64,000 nt of DNA from Lama guanicoe (taxonomy: Eukaryota): NCBI GenBank assembly GCA_013239625.1, contig MU054001.1:6497078-6561077 (forward strand), read 5' to 3'. Both the position numbers and the translations under genes were made by a program. The notes below the pieces were generated by a model that saw nothing but the letters and a program-made list of their open reading frames with translations, did no database searches and was not told the DNA's origin. Positions within the stretch are counted from its first letter, which is position 1; every line of letters begins with the position of its first letter. Positions 51,910 to 64,000 of the stretch are shown one piece after another.

Positions 51910-53600
51910 TTATGTTTATTCATGTATTCATTCACTTAGAAACTAAATAGTGCTGGGCATTTTTTCAGGTACTAAAGATAGAATAGGAATAAGAAAAGAT
52001 AAGGCCTTTGATTCTCATTGACCTTTACATTCTGGAGTTTGGGGCTGAGGCAAGATGTCTGCTTCAACCTGTGTTTGTCACATCAGGCATTGCCAAAGAA
52101 ATAACATTTGAAATTAAACTAAAATGGTGAGAAGGAGATAGCCACATGAGAACTACAGATTGCATCATAAAACTTGGTCATTAATTCACTCACTGACCAA
52201 GTTTTATTGAGGGTGTAGCATGTTCCTGGCCCTCTACTATACTATGGAAATAACAGCATGAATCCCTGTTTTCCTAGAGCTGATGTTGGGGGGATAAAAT
52301 AGACCACAGACAAATACATGTAAATACATTATAAAATGTAAGAAATAAGTGCCATGAAAACAAAATTAAGCAAGCAGTTGTGTGACAGGATGGGAGTAGA
52401 GGACAGCTAAGAGGCAGTAGGTAATTTTGGATATGGACATCAGGTGAAACCTTTCTATGGCAGTGATGTTTAGCGGAAACCTGAATGCAGTGAGCAGAAA
52501 GCCATGGAAATATCTGTTAAAGAACATTCTAAGTAGAGGTAAGAGGTTCTGAAAGATCATGTTCAAGTATTCCAGGAAAATGAGAATGGCTGGAGTGAGT
52601 GATCCAGAAAATAGCAGGAAATGAGTCCAGTGAAGTAGCCAGGGGCCAGATCATTTACAGCTTTATGGGCCATAGTAAAGGCTTTGGATTTTACTTGAAG
52701 CATCCTAGGAAAACATTAGAGGGTTTGAATGGAGGCAGGATTTGAATTTTAAAGGAATCATTCCTAATCTTGCTGCTGTTTGGAAAATGGGTTTGAGGTG
52801 AAGTTGGGCAAGATTTGAATAAGGGAAGCCATAGGAGTCTGCTGCAGAATTCTAGGCAAGAGATAATGGTCAATTGAGGTGGTAACAGTGAAGCTGCGGG
52901 AAAGTGATGTTTTGCTATATACTATTTTAAGACAGAACCAACAGGCTTTCCTTATGAATTCAGTGTAGAGTTTAAGAGAATGAGAGGAGTCATGGATGAC
53001 TCCATGGTTCTGGCCCTGACTAGCTTGATGAGTAGCAGTGCCATTTCCTGAGGAGCACTGGAGGAGAAGCAGTTTGGATACAGGAGGAAGGAAAGTGTAG
53101 AATGTGTTTTAGATATGCGTCGGTTGGGATGTCCATTACTCATCCCCCAGGAGTTGTTGCATAGGTAGTTGGACATGTAAATATAAAGTTTAGGAAAGGT
53201 AATATAAGGCTGAATTGAAAAAAACTGAGAATTGGTCAGCTTGTATATAATGTTTGATATTTAAAACCTTAAGGCTGAATGAGATAATTTAGGGAATTAG
53301 TACAGATGGAGAAGTCTGTTAACTGAGCTATAGGGCCCTCCAACATCTACAAGTCAGGAACAGAAAGTAGCCAACAGAGGACGCCGAGGGACTGTGGCAG
53401 TGAGGAAAACGACCACAGTGTGTCTACGCAAAGAATGTTCCAAGGAGTGGGAAGTGATCAACTACTGTTAAGTGTTGCTAAGAGTCTGGATAAACTGAAG
53501 CTCGAGAAGTCACCATTAGATTTAGCAATGCGAAACTCTTAGTAATTTGGACAAGATTGTTTTTAAAGGATTAAAGTCCAGCAGGAGTGGATTCAGGAGA
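51910..53600 (-). mobile_element. L2 (L2a-like) LINE, long fragment(s)
   Basis: ttcattcac...agtttttattgag...ggggccagatcat...catagtaaaggctttggattttac...ggaggagaagcagtttgg...ccattagatttagcaa. Confidence 0.8.
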
Positions 53601-53604
53601 AAAT

Positions 53605-54600
53605 GGGGGTTTCCAATTTCAGAGAAAATGAAATTATCAAAATGCACCTTATTTCTCCTGCTAATTACACCTGAAAAAATAAAAGACATAAAACAATTAA
53701 TCATAAGACTGAAAGGTGGACAGAGGAGTAGACTGGCTAGGGACCTCAGGACTAGAGGGACAATCCAGTGATGAGTTCTTTTCTTTTTGTTTTTGTGATG
53801 ATTTTATAGCTAGTTAGGTTTTTTGGTTGTTTGTCTACTTGTTTTTTTCTTAAATATCCTGGCCTGGCACTAATGTAGCCTGCAACTCAGAGATGCTGTT
53901 GAGCCAAGACAGAAACAAAAAGTTCTAAGACTTAAGCCAGAGGACTAGAAAGATGGGGGACTTGTACAACAGAAATCCTTTCGGCCAAATCTGTTATTTC
54001 TCACAATTTAAGAAGCTAGAAGTACAGTATCCAGGATTGGCTTCTGGTGAGATCTTTCTTCATTGCTGAGGGACAGGCACCTTCCTTCTGTGTTCTCACA
54101 TGAACTTTTCTGTTTCTAGTGTCTCTTCTTATAAACACCTAATCCTATAGAATTAGGGCTCCACCCTTAAGAGCTCATTTTACCTTAATTACCCTAAAGG
54201 CTCTATCTCCAAATACAGTTACATTGGAGATTAGGGTTTCAACAGATGAAATGGGGGCAGAGAGGCATGATTCAGTCCATAGAACCTGCTCTACTGCAAA
54301 TGAACACCACCGCAGAAGCCACCACCCTCCTTATGGAGTGCCATGGAGACTGGGGAGTAGAGCCTTATGGAATATGCTGACTGTACATTAAAGAGGCAAT
54401 CCTTTGCTTCTCCTCATCTGGTAGACAGACTGTGGCAAAACCCCATGACCATTCCCACCCTCTGTTAATAAAGTGGTGTACCACCCTCTCCCTCTTAAAT
54501 GCTTTGGAGATTGTAAGAATGGAGCATTGTTGATCATCCCCACCCTACTCTAAGCAAACCTACCAACAAGGGAATGCACAAAGGATTAGGGAGAGGAAGG
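53605..54600 (+). mobile_element. Old L1M 5' region fragment
   Basis: cataagactgaaaggtggacagag...ctagggacctcaggac resembles old L1M 5' ends; a matching sense ORF2 piece follows at 59302-59640. Confidence 0.45.
53992..54284 (-). mobile_element. MLT1A/B-type MaLR LTR fragment
   Basis: tatttctcacaattta...ccttaattaccctaaaggctctatctccaaatacagttacattggagattagg...gattcagtccataga. Confidence 0.75.
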
Positions 54601-55688
54601 AGCTGTGGTGTCTTTGTCAGGTTTTGGTGTAAGTGTAATGTTGGCCTGTAAAATAGTTTCAGAGGTGTTCCTTCCTCTTCAATTTTTGTAATAGTATGAG
54701 AAGGATATATATTAACTCTTCTTAAATATTTGGTAGAATTCATCTGTGAAGCCTTCTGATCCTGGACTTTTACTTATTAGCAGTTTTTTTTATTATGATT
54801 ATTATTATTACTGTTAATTAGTATGTCTTCTGTGTCTTCCAGTTCAGTTTGGGGAGAGTGTGTGTTTCTAGAAATTTATCCATTTCTCCTAGGTTGTCCA
54901 TTTTATTGGCATACAATTGTTCCTAGTAATCTCTTATGATCCTCTATATTTCTGTGGTGTTGTTTGTAACATCTCCCTTCATTTCTGATTTTTTAAATTT
55001 GGGCCCTCTCTCTTTTTCTTGATAAGTCTGACTAAAGGTTTATCAATTTTGCTTATCTCTTCAAAGAACCAGCTCTTAGTTGCATTGATCTTTTTCATTG
55101 TTTTTTCTTAGTCTGTGCTTCACGTATTCCTACTCTGATATTATTTCTTTCTACTAACTTTGGGTTTTGTTTGTTCTATTTTTGGTTCCCTTACATATAA
55201 ATTTATTATTTGAAACTTTCCTTGTTTCCTGAGGTAAGCTTGTATCACTATAAACTTCCTTCTTAGAACTGCTTGTGCTGCATTGCATAGATTTGTGATC
55301 ATTGTGTTTTCATTTTCATATAACTCCAAGTATATTTTTATCTCCTCTTTGATTTCTTCAGTGACCCATTGGTTGCCTAGGAGCATTTTTTTCCCACAAG
55401 TTTTAGGTTTCACAGGTTTGTTTTTTTTTTTCTTGAAATTGTTTTCTAGTATCATAAGATTGTGGTCAGAAAAGATGCTTGATTTGATTTCAGTCTTAAA
55501 TTTCTTGAGATTTGTTTTGTGGCCTTGCATGTGCTCTATCTTGGAGAATGTTCCACGTGCACTTGAAAAGAATGTGTATTCTGTTGTTTTGGGGTGTAAA
55601 GTTCTATAGATATCTTAGGTCCATCTGGTCCAATGTGTCGGTTAAGGTCAGTGGTTTCTTATTGGTCTAGATGATCTGTCTATTGATG

Positions 55689-56157
55689 TGTTAACCAAAA
55701 TTTCAGAAACAGAGACTTGATTGAAATAAAGAGGCATTTATTTGTATTTTGTTAGGACTGTACCCTGGGAGACACAGATTCCAGAAGCACTTGAATTGTG
55801 TTCTGTGGAGGAAACTTATAAAGGCAAAAATTGCAAGGCCACATTTAGTTACATAAGTTGTTTGTCAAGAATTATAATTAGAGCTGGCGAGAAGTAAGGG
55901 TGCTTATTAAGCATGGTTTGGTGGCATCTGAAATGGTTATGTAGTTACAAGGGGGGTACCCTGAGTCCATAAAGTTACCACTGGTGGAGGTTGTTCCAAA
56001 TACAGCTCCTGGTGTCCTTGGGTTTGATCCAGTTCAGAGAAAATTTAAGCTCTCAGTAGTGCAAGGGTATGTCTGAGACCAGATCCTCAATGGCTACATG
56101 TCTCAATTTTTGTATGCCTAAACTATGATTATTTCAGTATTATTTTATTTGTCATTA
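55689..56157. mobile_element. ERV1-type solo LTR inserted in L1
   Basis: Starts TG; 4-bp TSD gatg (55685-55688 and 56158-56161); interrupts a collinear L1; family not identified. Confidence 0.65.
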
Positions 56158-56498
56158 GATGTAACTGGAATATTAAAAGTCCCCTCCTATTACTGTTACT
56201 ATCAATTTCTTCCTTTATGTTTGTTAATATTTGCTTTATGTATTTAGGTGCTTCTATGTTGGGTTCAATTACAATTGTTATATCTTCTTGTTGGATTGAT
56301 CCCTTGATCATATGTAATGTCCCTCTTTGTCTCTTGATAGTCTTTGTTTTAAAAAGCCTATTTTGTCTGATATGTGTTGGTACCCAGCTTTCTTTTCATT
56401 TCCATTTCCATAGAATACCTTTTCCCATCCCCTCACTTTCAGACTGTGTTATTTAGATCTGAAGTGTGTCTGTTGTAGGCAGCATATGTTCAGGTCTT

Positions 56499-56638
56499 AT
56501 TGGGGGTGGGGTAGATTTATTCATTCATTCATTCATTCATTCATTCATTCATTTTTAATGGGGATACTGGGGATTGAACCCAGGACCTTATGCATGCTAA
56601 GCACAAACACTCTACCACTGAGCTATGCCCTCCTCCCC
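56499..56638 (-). mobile_element. Vic-1-type SINE with (TGAA)n tail (TTCA repeat about 56520-56552)
   Basis: ctggggattgaacccaggacc...ctctaccactgagctatgccctcc; TSD caggtctt on both sides. Confidence 0.85.
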
Positions 56639-57185
56639 ACAGGTCTTGTTTTTAATCCATTCAGCCACTCTGTCTTTTGAATGCAGCACTTAGTCCATAT
56701 ACATTTCAAGTAATTATTGATAGGTATGTACGTATTGCCATTTTGTTCATTGTTTTCTGGGGTTTGGGTTTTTTTCTAGTTCTTTTTTGTTCCTTTCTTT
56801 TGTTCCCTTCCCTTGTAATTTGATGGTCATCTTTAGTGTTATGTTTGGATTCCTTTCTATTTTGTGTGTGTGTGTATCCATTATAAATTGTTGGTTTGTG
56901 GCTACCATGAGGTTTTATATAGTGAAATATATTTTATGTTGCTGATCTCTTAAGTTTAAATGTATTTTAACAACCCTGCATTTTTACTGCCACCCACCAC
57001 ATTGACTGTCTTTGACATCATATTTTACATCTTTTTGTTTGTGTGGCCCTTGACTATTGATTGTAGATATAGAAGATTTTACTCCTTTTGATTTTAACCT
57101 TCCTTCTGTTTTATATGTGATTGATTTACTGTCTTTACTGTACATTTGCCATAACCAGTGAGATTTTTTTCTTTCATAATTTTTA

Positions 57186-57376
57186 AACTTTTTTTTATTG
57201 AGTTACAGTCATTTTACAATGTTGTGTCAATTTCCAGTGTAGAGCACAATTTTTCAGTTATACATGAACATACATATATTCATTGTCATATTTTTTTCAC
57301 TGTGAGCTACCACAAGATCTTGTATATATTTCCCTGTGCTATACAGTGACAGGCATATATAGAATAGATAAATAAG
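57186..57376 (-). mobile_element. Very short young L1 3' end with 29-nt 5' inversion
   Basis: Perfect 18-bp TSD tttctttcataattttta (57168-57185 and 57377-57394); 57348-57376 is the inverted upstream continuation of the L1 3'UTR. Confidence 0.85.
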
Positions 57377-59301
57377 TTTCTTTCATAATTTTTATATTTC
57401 CACTTGTGGTCCTGGTGTTTTCTTTTCTACTTATAGAAGTCCCTTTAGCATTTCTTGTGAAGTCAGTTTAGTAGTACTGAACTCTTAGCTTTTGCTGGTC
57501 TGTAAAATTCTTGATCTCACCTTCAAATCTCAATAATAGCCTTGCCATATACAGTATTCTTGGTTGTAGATTTTTTTCCTTTCATCACTTTGAATATATA
57601 CTACTACTCCTTTCTGGCCTTCAGAGTTACTGCTGAAAAGTCAGCTGATAGTCTTTGGGAGTTTCCCTATTTGTGGATAGTCATTTCCCCTTGCTGCTTT
57701 TAATATTTTCTCTTTATCTTTAATTTTTGCTGTTTTAATTACAGTGTGTCTTGGTGTGGATCTCTTTGGGTTGATCTTGTTTGAAACTCTGTGCTTACAG
57801 ATCTGGGGGTTTTTTCCCCCAGATTAGGGAAGTTTTTAGCTATTATTTCTTCAGATAAGTTCTCTGCCTCTTTCTCTCTTCTGCCACCCCTATATGTAAA
57901 TTTTAGTACTCTTGGTGTTGTTCCAGAAGTGACCTTATGTAGGAGCCCCAGCAGCAAAATGCCCCTCTATCACCAGAGGTATGTGATCTAGCAGTGTTCC
58001 CTTGTGAGCTCCATGGGCCCTTCTGTTGTGGCAGGACCAACTACTGTGGGCATACTGGTGGGCAGGGCTGACCCCTCACACCCAGTTGGCTGTCAGGCCC
58101 TGCCTGATTGGAAGGCTGCCATCCACTGGTCCAGATCCCAGAATGACTTGCTGCATAGCCTGGGGAGTCCTAGGATAGTGCCAGTCTGCTGTTTTGTGGG
58201 GCTGGGTCTCTGGGCAACTGGCTTCATGGCCTAGCATTTCCACAGCTGGTCCAGCCTATTGGTGGGTGGGGCTGGGTCCTGGTATGAATGGCTCTAGAGC
58301 CTGCTGTGCCCAGATCTGAGACCAGCCTCATGGTGAGCAGAACCAGTCCCATGGCAGCTGGCTGTGGTGCTTGAGGAGTTCCAGGACTGGTGCTGCCCAC
58401 TAGCAGGTGTGGCCAAGTCCCTGGAGGACTATCTTCAGGGTCTGGGCATCCTGTGACTGTTCCTGGCGTCTGGTAGACAAGACCTGGCTTTGGGGTGGCT
58501 GGCTGAGGGACTTGTTGGGGCCTGGAGAGACCCATGGCTGGTGCCAACCTGCAGTTAGGCAGGGCTATATATCCCCTCATGGCTGGCTGCTTGGCCTGGG
58601 CATCCTTGAGAGAGGTGCTCATCGTTTGGTGGGCATGTAAGCCCCCAGCACTAATACATTAGAGGGAGGACTCCAAAATGGCATTTGCCAGCACCAATGT
58701 TACCGTGGTAGTGCAGGCTTCCGAAAATGGCTGCCAACAGCATCTGTATCTCCAGGGCTAGTGCCAGTTGCCTCCTGCCTCTCTGGAAGGCTCTCCAAGA
58801 TCAGCAAGTGTGTCTGACCCACAATCCTTTCAGATTACTGCCTCTGCACTGGGTCTTGAAGCATGTGAGATTTTACAAGCACCCTTTGAGAGTGGAGTCT
58901 CTATTTCCCAGAGATCCCCAGCTCTCCAGTGTGCAAGCTCTGTTGGCCCTCAGTGCCAGACATTATGGAGGCTTGTCTCCCCAGTACAAGATCCTCATTC
59001 AGGGAAACCAACTGTGGGGCTTGGACCCTTCACTCCTCTGGGAGGACCTCAGCAGTTGTGATCATCCTCCAATTTGTGGGTTGCCTCTTTAGTGTGTAGG
59101 TCTTGACTATTCTGCATGTCTACCCCTCCTACCAGCCTCATTGTGTTTCCTTAATTATATCTTTAGTTGTGGAAAATCTTTTCTGATAGTCTTCAGGTCC
59201 TTCTTATCAATAGTTGCTCTGTAAATAGTTGTAATTTTGGTGTGCCTGTGGGTGGAAGTGAGCTCAGTGTCTTCCTGTTATGCCATCTTGGCCACTCCCC
59301 T

Positions 59302-59640
59302 CAGAACACATATTTTTATGCAAACACTTGGAGTGTTTAACAAAATAAAACATACCTTAACATATTTACTTGTACAATATATGACCACAGTGGAATTAAA
59401 CTAAAGTCAATAAATGATAACACGAAAGTCTCTTAACACTTAGAAATTAACCACATTTCTAAATAATAGGTGAGTCAAAGGAAATTTTTTATATTGAACT
59501 ACATGAAAATGAAAATATCAGAATCTGTAGGATACAGATGAGGCAGTTCTTATGAGAAATTTTTATGGCACTAAATGTTTACATTAGCGAAGAATATCTT
59601 TATCAAATCAATAATCTAAACTTCTAACCCAGGAAACTTA
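59302..59640 (+). mobile_element. Old L1M ORF2 fragment
   Basis: gaccacagtggaattaaacta...acatttctaaataa...atgaaaatgaaaatatcagaatctgtaggatacag. Confidence 0.65.
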
Positions 59641-60259
59641 CCTTCAAATAATAGTACAAAGTAATCTCAAATGATAAGCTTAAATCTTAAATTGGGTCAC
59701 TTGGGGCCACTCAAGGCCAAGAAAGAACTGATAAGGAAAAAGGTTATAGCTTTATAGAAGCACTAATTGTGTTACACCTGCTTTTTCTTTCAGTTTTAGT
59801 TAATTACCTAAATGTTTTGTCCTCTGCTTAATAAAGGGTTTTAGCAAGTGATTATGTATATGTTCCTGGTTTAATCTTATTTGAATGCATTTTCATTGAT
59901 GGGATAATGCTCTTTTTTTAAGGTATGTAATTATCTTAACTCAGCATGTTGTTAAGCTTTTCCCAAGAAGATAAAATTGAACTTAAATGTGGTTAGTTCT
60001 TTTCTCTCGGGTATTCAGGTATTCAAATACATAGGATTTCTTACCTATGAATATTTCATAGAAGTTGATTTTAGAATATGGTATAAACACAAAATATGGC
60101 TGGTGACACAACAGTTTGTTTTCCTTGATTGAATTTCATTGGTGTCCCCAACTCTAAATGAATATGATTGATATTTATCTAAAACACAGTTGAATCGGTT
60201 GAATCAGTTGTCTGGAGGAGTCACCTTAGTAGAATGAACATTTCTTTAGAAGTTATATA

Positions 60260-60420
60260 AGAATTGCCTGTATGGGGAGTGATTGCTGATAGGGATGGCA
60301 TTCTATATGAGGGTGATGAAAATAATCTGAAACTTAACCTTGTGAGTATACCAAAGACTGCTAAACTGAACATTTTAAAATGGTGAATTATATGGTAACT
60401 GAGTTGTCTTAATAAAATAA
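60260..60420 (+). mobile_element. L1M 3' end fragment
   Basis: gagggtgatgaaaataatctgaaact...aaaatggtgaattatatggta...ttaataaa. Confidence 0.65.
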
Positions 60421-61169
60421 GTCAAAGAGTCAGTCTCACATGCCTCACTGCCTTACATATACTTTGTTTTGTACAAATACTGTACCAACCAAGCTATTTA
60501 CTGATCTTAACCATAACACTTAAGTTCATTTATTGCTCATATTGAAGACTTACCATCCCTGTGGATGTCAGAAGACAGCAGCTTCCAAAGTTATCCTCAA
60601 AGAGTAATCACAAAACTGTCATGAGCACTGACATTGAAAGAGGTACAGAGCATCACAAGGAGCTTGCTTGGAGGACACAAGATTTGTGTGTGTTGTGAGA
60701 GTATTCTTTTATAAAAATCAGTCATCAGCTTGTCACATTCCGCTTTTTCTTGAGCAGTGTTCCTGGGCCACTCTTGGCCTCGTGAGGTGTCTCACTAGGC
60801 AGCCCAGAGAAGTGTTTGGCCGTCCTTGGGTTCACAGTCTTCTCAAGGGTCCAAGTAGACTACATCTCCATTTCCCTATGCTTCTAACATATTTGATCAC
60901 TTCAGAAATACAGGAGCTGAGAAGGAAGATGATAGTACTTAACAATAAATTAGCTGAAAGTGTTTATTTTTCTTCTTAGAAAGCATTATCTGTTAACTTC
61001 TACTTTAAAAATATTTATTGAGTGACTTCTAGTAAGGCAAATTCTGGGTGCTTGAGGATACAAAAGTGAATAAGGGAGACCTTTAAGAAAAGTATGCAAT
61101 ACACAAGCAAATCACAAATAAAAATACAAAGTGGTGCTAAAACTATGCAGTGAATTAAAGTAGGTGATG

Positions 61170-61560
61170 TGAGAGTGAGTGACTGGTGACTACAGGAAAA
61201 CACTGTCTTCTGCCTACTACACAAAGCTACATACAAATCAAAAGAAAGAAAATAAAACGTACTTAAAACCCTGCCACTGTGATATAACTAGCATTAGTCT
61301 TAGATGTATATCCTTCCAAACCCAGCTCTACCTCTCTGTGCTCAGAAGTATGTATGACTATGTGTGTGATGCTTCTTTTTGTATTGCAAAATAAGATCAT
61401 ACTGTTAATACTGTGTTGTGACCTGCTTTTTTCACTTAACATAATGTAAACAGTTTTATATGTCAGTTATATTACTTTTATGATATCATTTTAACAATTA
61501 TAAAATGTGCCATTTGGTTGATTTAACCAGCCTTCGGTTATTGTATGCTTGGACTGTCGT
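61170..61560 (-). mobile_element. L1ME-type 3' fragment
   Basis: gatcatactg...tactgtgttgtgacctgcttttttcacttaac...gatttaaccagcc. Confidence 0.6.
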
Positions 61561-61849
61561 AGCATAACTCAAAAAAAATCGCATGGAAAGATGTCATGTT
61601 TAGCTGAAGCTCACATAATCAAAAAAATCATTCCTTTCTAATGTTAATGATACAAGTTTCTCTCCGTAACTGTAAGATATACACTTTTCATTCTTCTGGT
61701 TTGTTGTTTGGGTTTTGTTTTTTTAATATTTCATCCACTCCCTGGGGACATTCCACAAGGCAGAATCTTCAACTGTTGACTTTTTTCCTGTGTTTCTTCC
61801 CTCAGCTATTTCATTCAGATTTACAACACAAGTTATCTTAACTTTTAGA

Positions 61850-63000
61850 TAAAAAACTCCCAAATCTTAATCTCAAACCTTGTCTTCTCTGCCATGTTGC
61901 TGTCTGACCATCTCCCCAAACTTGCCTTGTCTAAAATCAAACTTAATCATACCTCCCTGTCTCTTCAAATCCAACTCTTCCTCATAATTTCCCTGCTTAC
62001 TACAAATAAATTCTCATGGCCCCAATCATTTTAGCCTAGAAAAGTTAAATTACGTTTGACTCCACCACCAAGCAGGTACATTCCTCTTTCATGTGATTTT
62101 CAGGCTTCTTTTCTTTTCCATTATCACAGCCCCTTCCCTAGTTCAAGTCCCTTTCTCTTTATCCTAAATTATTATTTTTAACATTTTCTTCATTGATTTC
62201 GTTATTTGATATCCTCTCCCTTTCAGTTCTGCCTGTATCTTCTGGATCTTGCTGCATCAATTATCCCCTCTCCTTTGCCTTCAGAATCTTCTCATTCCAT
62301 CCTCTCTTCCCCCAGTCTTTATTTAAATATGTGCAAGTCTCCCCAGACTTAAAAAAAAATTGGCGACTCTGCTTTATTATCTAAATTCACCCTTAACCTG
62401 CCACAGTCTGGCTTCAGGCCACTCCCCTCTACTAAACCTCTCATTCAGTCCCGGTGACTTCTAATTGACAAATCCAGTGAATACCTCACAGTCTTTATGT
62501 CACCAGGCTTTTGTCAACTTTTTGCTGTTGGTAACCTACTCCTAAAACTCTTCTGTTTCTCTCTATGTCCTCTCTCACTGGTTCCTGTACCATCTCTTCT
62601 GAGAACCCCTCTTCACCTTGGCCACCTTTAATATTGGTGTTTCTGAGGGTTCCATTCTCAGCCCTTTGTTCACACTCTGCATGTTCTTCGTCTGCTTTGG
62701 CTATTTTAATTACCACTAATAAGCTTAAGACTTTTATATCCCTGTATCTGGGCCTCACACTTGATGTGTAACTGCCTGATGGCACCCCAAACCTGAAACA
62801 ATCTTCTTTCCCCTAAATCTGTTCCTAATTCTGTTTATCTCAGGTGGTGGTACCATCATACACCCAATCATTCAAACCAGAAATGTAGAAGTTGTTACTC
62901 ATTTCATCATTTCATCTCTCCCTTTCCCTTTATCGAACTCATCACTGCATCCTACAGTGTTAACAGCTAAACAGAACTAGTATAATTCCCTAACCAATCT
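61850..63000 (+). mobile_element. L2 LINE fragments
   Basis: cagtctggcttcaggccactcc...ctaattgacaaatccagtg...gtaccatcatacacccaatcattcaaaccagaaa. Confidence 0.7.
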
Positions 63001-64000
63001 TTGTTGCTTCTGTGTGTTATACTTCATAAGTTGTGGTGTGTCCGTGAGTGTCTTACTCTTTATGTCTCAATATTCTGTTTACCCAACTAACAAAATGACC
63101 ATTGTATTTCATTTTACATAATTAAAAAACACAAATATTATAGTACCTAGAAAAAAATGTAGTGAGTGGCCATTAAATTAGCCAATATAAGGAATACCTT
63201 TGAATAAAGATAAATTAAAACATGACAGAATCTTTTCTAACCACTTATTTGACAGGAACTTTTAGCATTCAATCATACATCCTATTAAATTTGCCTTTAA
63301 AATGGCCTTGCTCTACAAAAGATGCTTACTTCCTCTTTTCATTCAAGAAACATTCACTGTCTGCCCACTGACTCATATCCTAGATGCTATCTGGGGAATA
63401 AATGTGTTCTTTTGCCCAGAGCTCAAGTGAACTTCATTCTGAATATTAGGTTTATCATCTCTTTGGAACATTTCTAATTGTCACTAGTCTCTATTACAGA
63501 AATACTTAAATAATTTTAGTAATTTCACAGTGGAAGTTTTTTTTTTTTTTTTGCATTAGCTTAGCTGAGGATTCTGTGTTTACCAATAGCTGGCAGCTAT
63601 TTCAGAGCAGCAACTCAAATTTTTTTTCTTTCATTTTTAGAGGATTCCTAATAGACTTATTTGTATTTCTTCTTCATTTGTTTTTCTTCTGTGTGTAGAA
63701 CTGCCTTCGTAAGGTTTACACAGAATTATAGACATATCCCAAATTAGAGCTCTTTTCCTTCCATGTGAGCCTAGACTGATAATGAGATTGGAAAATTAAG
63801 AGAAAGAGAGTTAAGAACAATCTAGAAGAGCACTGGATATAGAAATGACTCAGGGGGACACACAAGCTCAAAGAGCAGCCAGGGAGAAAATCAGACTTAA
63901 AGTTAAATGATCCATCAGCTACCTTTCTTAATGAGAAATAAGACAGATGCACACAGCATATTAACAGCTTAGAATAACTCAGACTTTGTCAAGTGATTGT

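Larger units (their letters stand above)
54605..59300 (-). mobile_element. L1 with intact 5' end (5'UTR, ORF1, inter-ORF, ORF2 endonuclease), 3'-truncated, carrying three nested insertions
   Basis: 5' terminus ggggagtggccaagatggca on the minus strand; ORF 55141-55530 GHKTNLKKFK..SSIFSDHN; ORF 56129-56311 MIKGSIQQEDITIV; ORF1-like 57739-57957. Confidence 0.9.
1..64000 (+). other. ITFG1: Interior of ITFG1 gene (about intron 7 to intron 10; no start or stop codon in window)
   Basis: Three in-frame exons match the ITFG1 protein; the flanking exons were not found in the window; exon numbering is inferred from human gene structure recalled from memory. Confidence 0.9.

Noticed and set aside
56033..56041. 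TTCAGAGAA GAS/STAT-like motif in the ERV1-type LTR
   Set aside because: A single degenerate match is expected by chance, and the LTR family is not identified
58004..59092. ORF cluster in GC-rich block
   Set aside because: This is the 5'UTR of the L1 at 54605-59300
63620..63715. Strong polypyrimidine acceptors (AG at 63639-63640 and 63697-63698) with donor-like GTAAGG at 63709
   Set aside because: The 68-nt or 10-nt exons would shift the frame, and they do not encode the expected next ITFG1 sequence (about SNQQAFLLENVPC)
1..64000. CRISPR arrays, operons or other prokaryote-type systems
   Set aside because: No regular repeat-spacer structure or dense coding; the sequence is clearly mammalian intron

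Overview
This is eukaryotic genomic DNA, most likely from a camelid (camel/alpaca/llama): it carries three tRNA-derived Vic-1-type SINEs and cetartiodactyl-type L1s, and I saw no Alu, B1, Bov-A or PRE-1. The whole window lies inside ITFG1 (TIP/LINKIN, FG-GAP repeat membrane protein) on the + strand. Three coding exons are visible (5351-5432, 33250-33344, 35588-35760; probably equivalent to human exons 8-10). They splice in frame through GT-AG sites to ...DGNFSLSTIFEKPQNMVVVGQSAFADFDGDGHMDHLLPGCEDKNCQKSTIYLSRSRTKQWVPVLQDFSNKGTLWGFVPFVHEQRPTEIPIPITLRIGDYNMDGYPDALAILKNTSG... The rest is intron, densely filled with L1, L2, MIR, MaLR/ERV LTRs and DNA-transposon fossils. None of the supplied ORFs is a credible independent gene. 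I see no evidence of a new multi-gene system. The most interesting candidates are a frame-preserving 12-nt microexon with an SRRM4-type UGC motif that would interrupt an FG-GAP Ca2+ loop, a compact L1 made of 5'UTR fused to 3'UTR, a probable chimeric mRNA-3'UTR/L1 retrocopy, and a very small young twin-primed L1 with a perfect 18-bp TSD. Repeat names were assigned by eye from remembered consensus sequences, and their boundaries are approximate.
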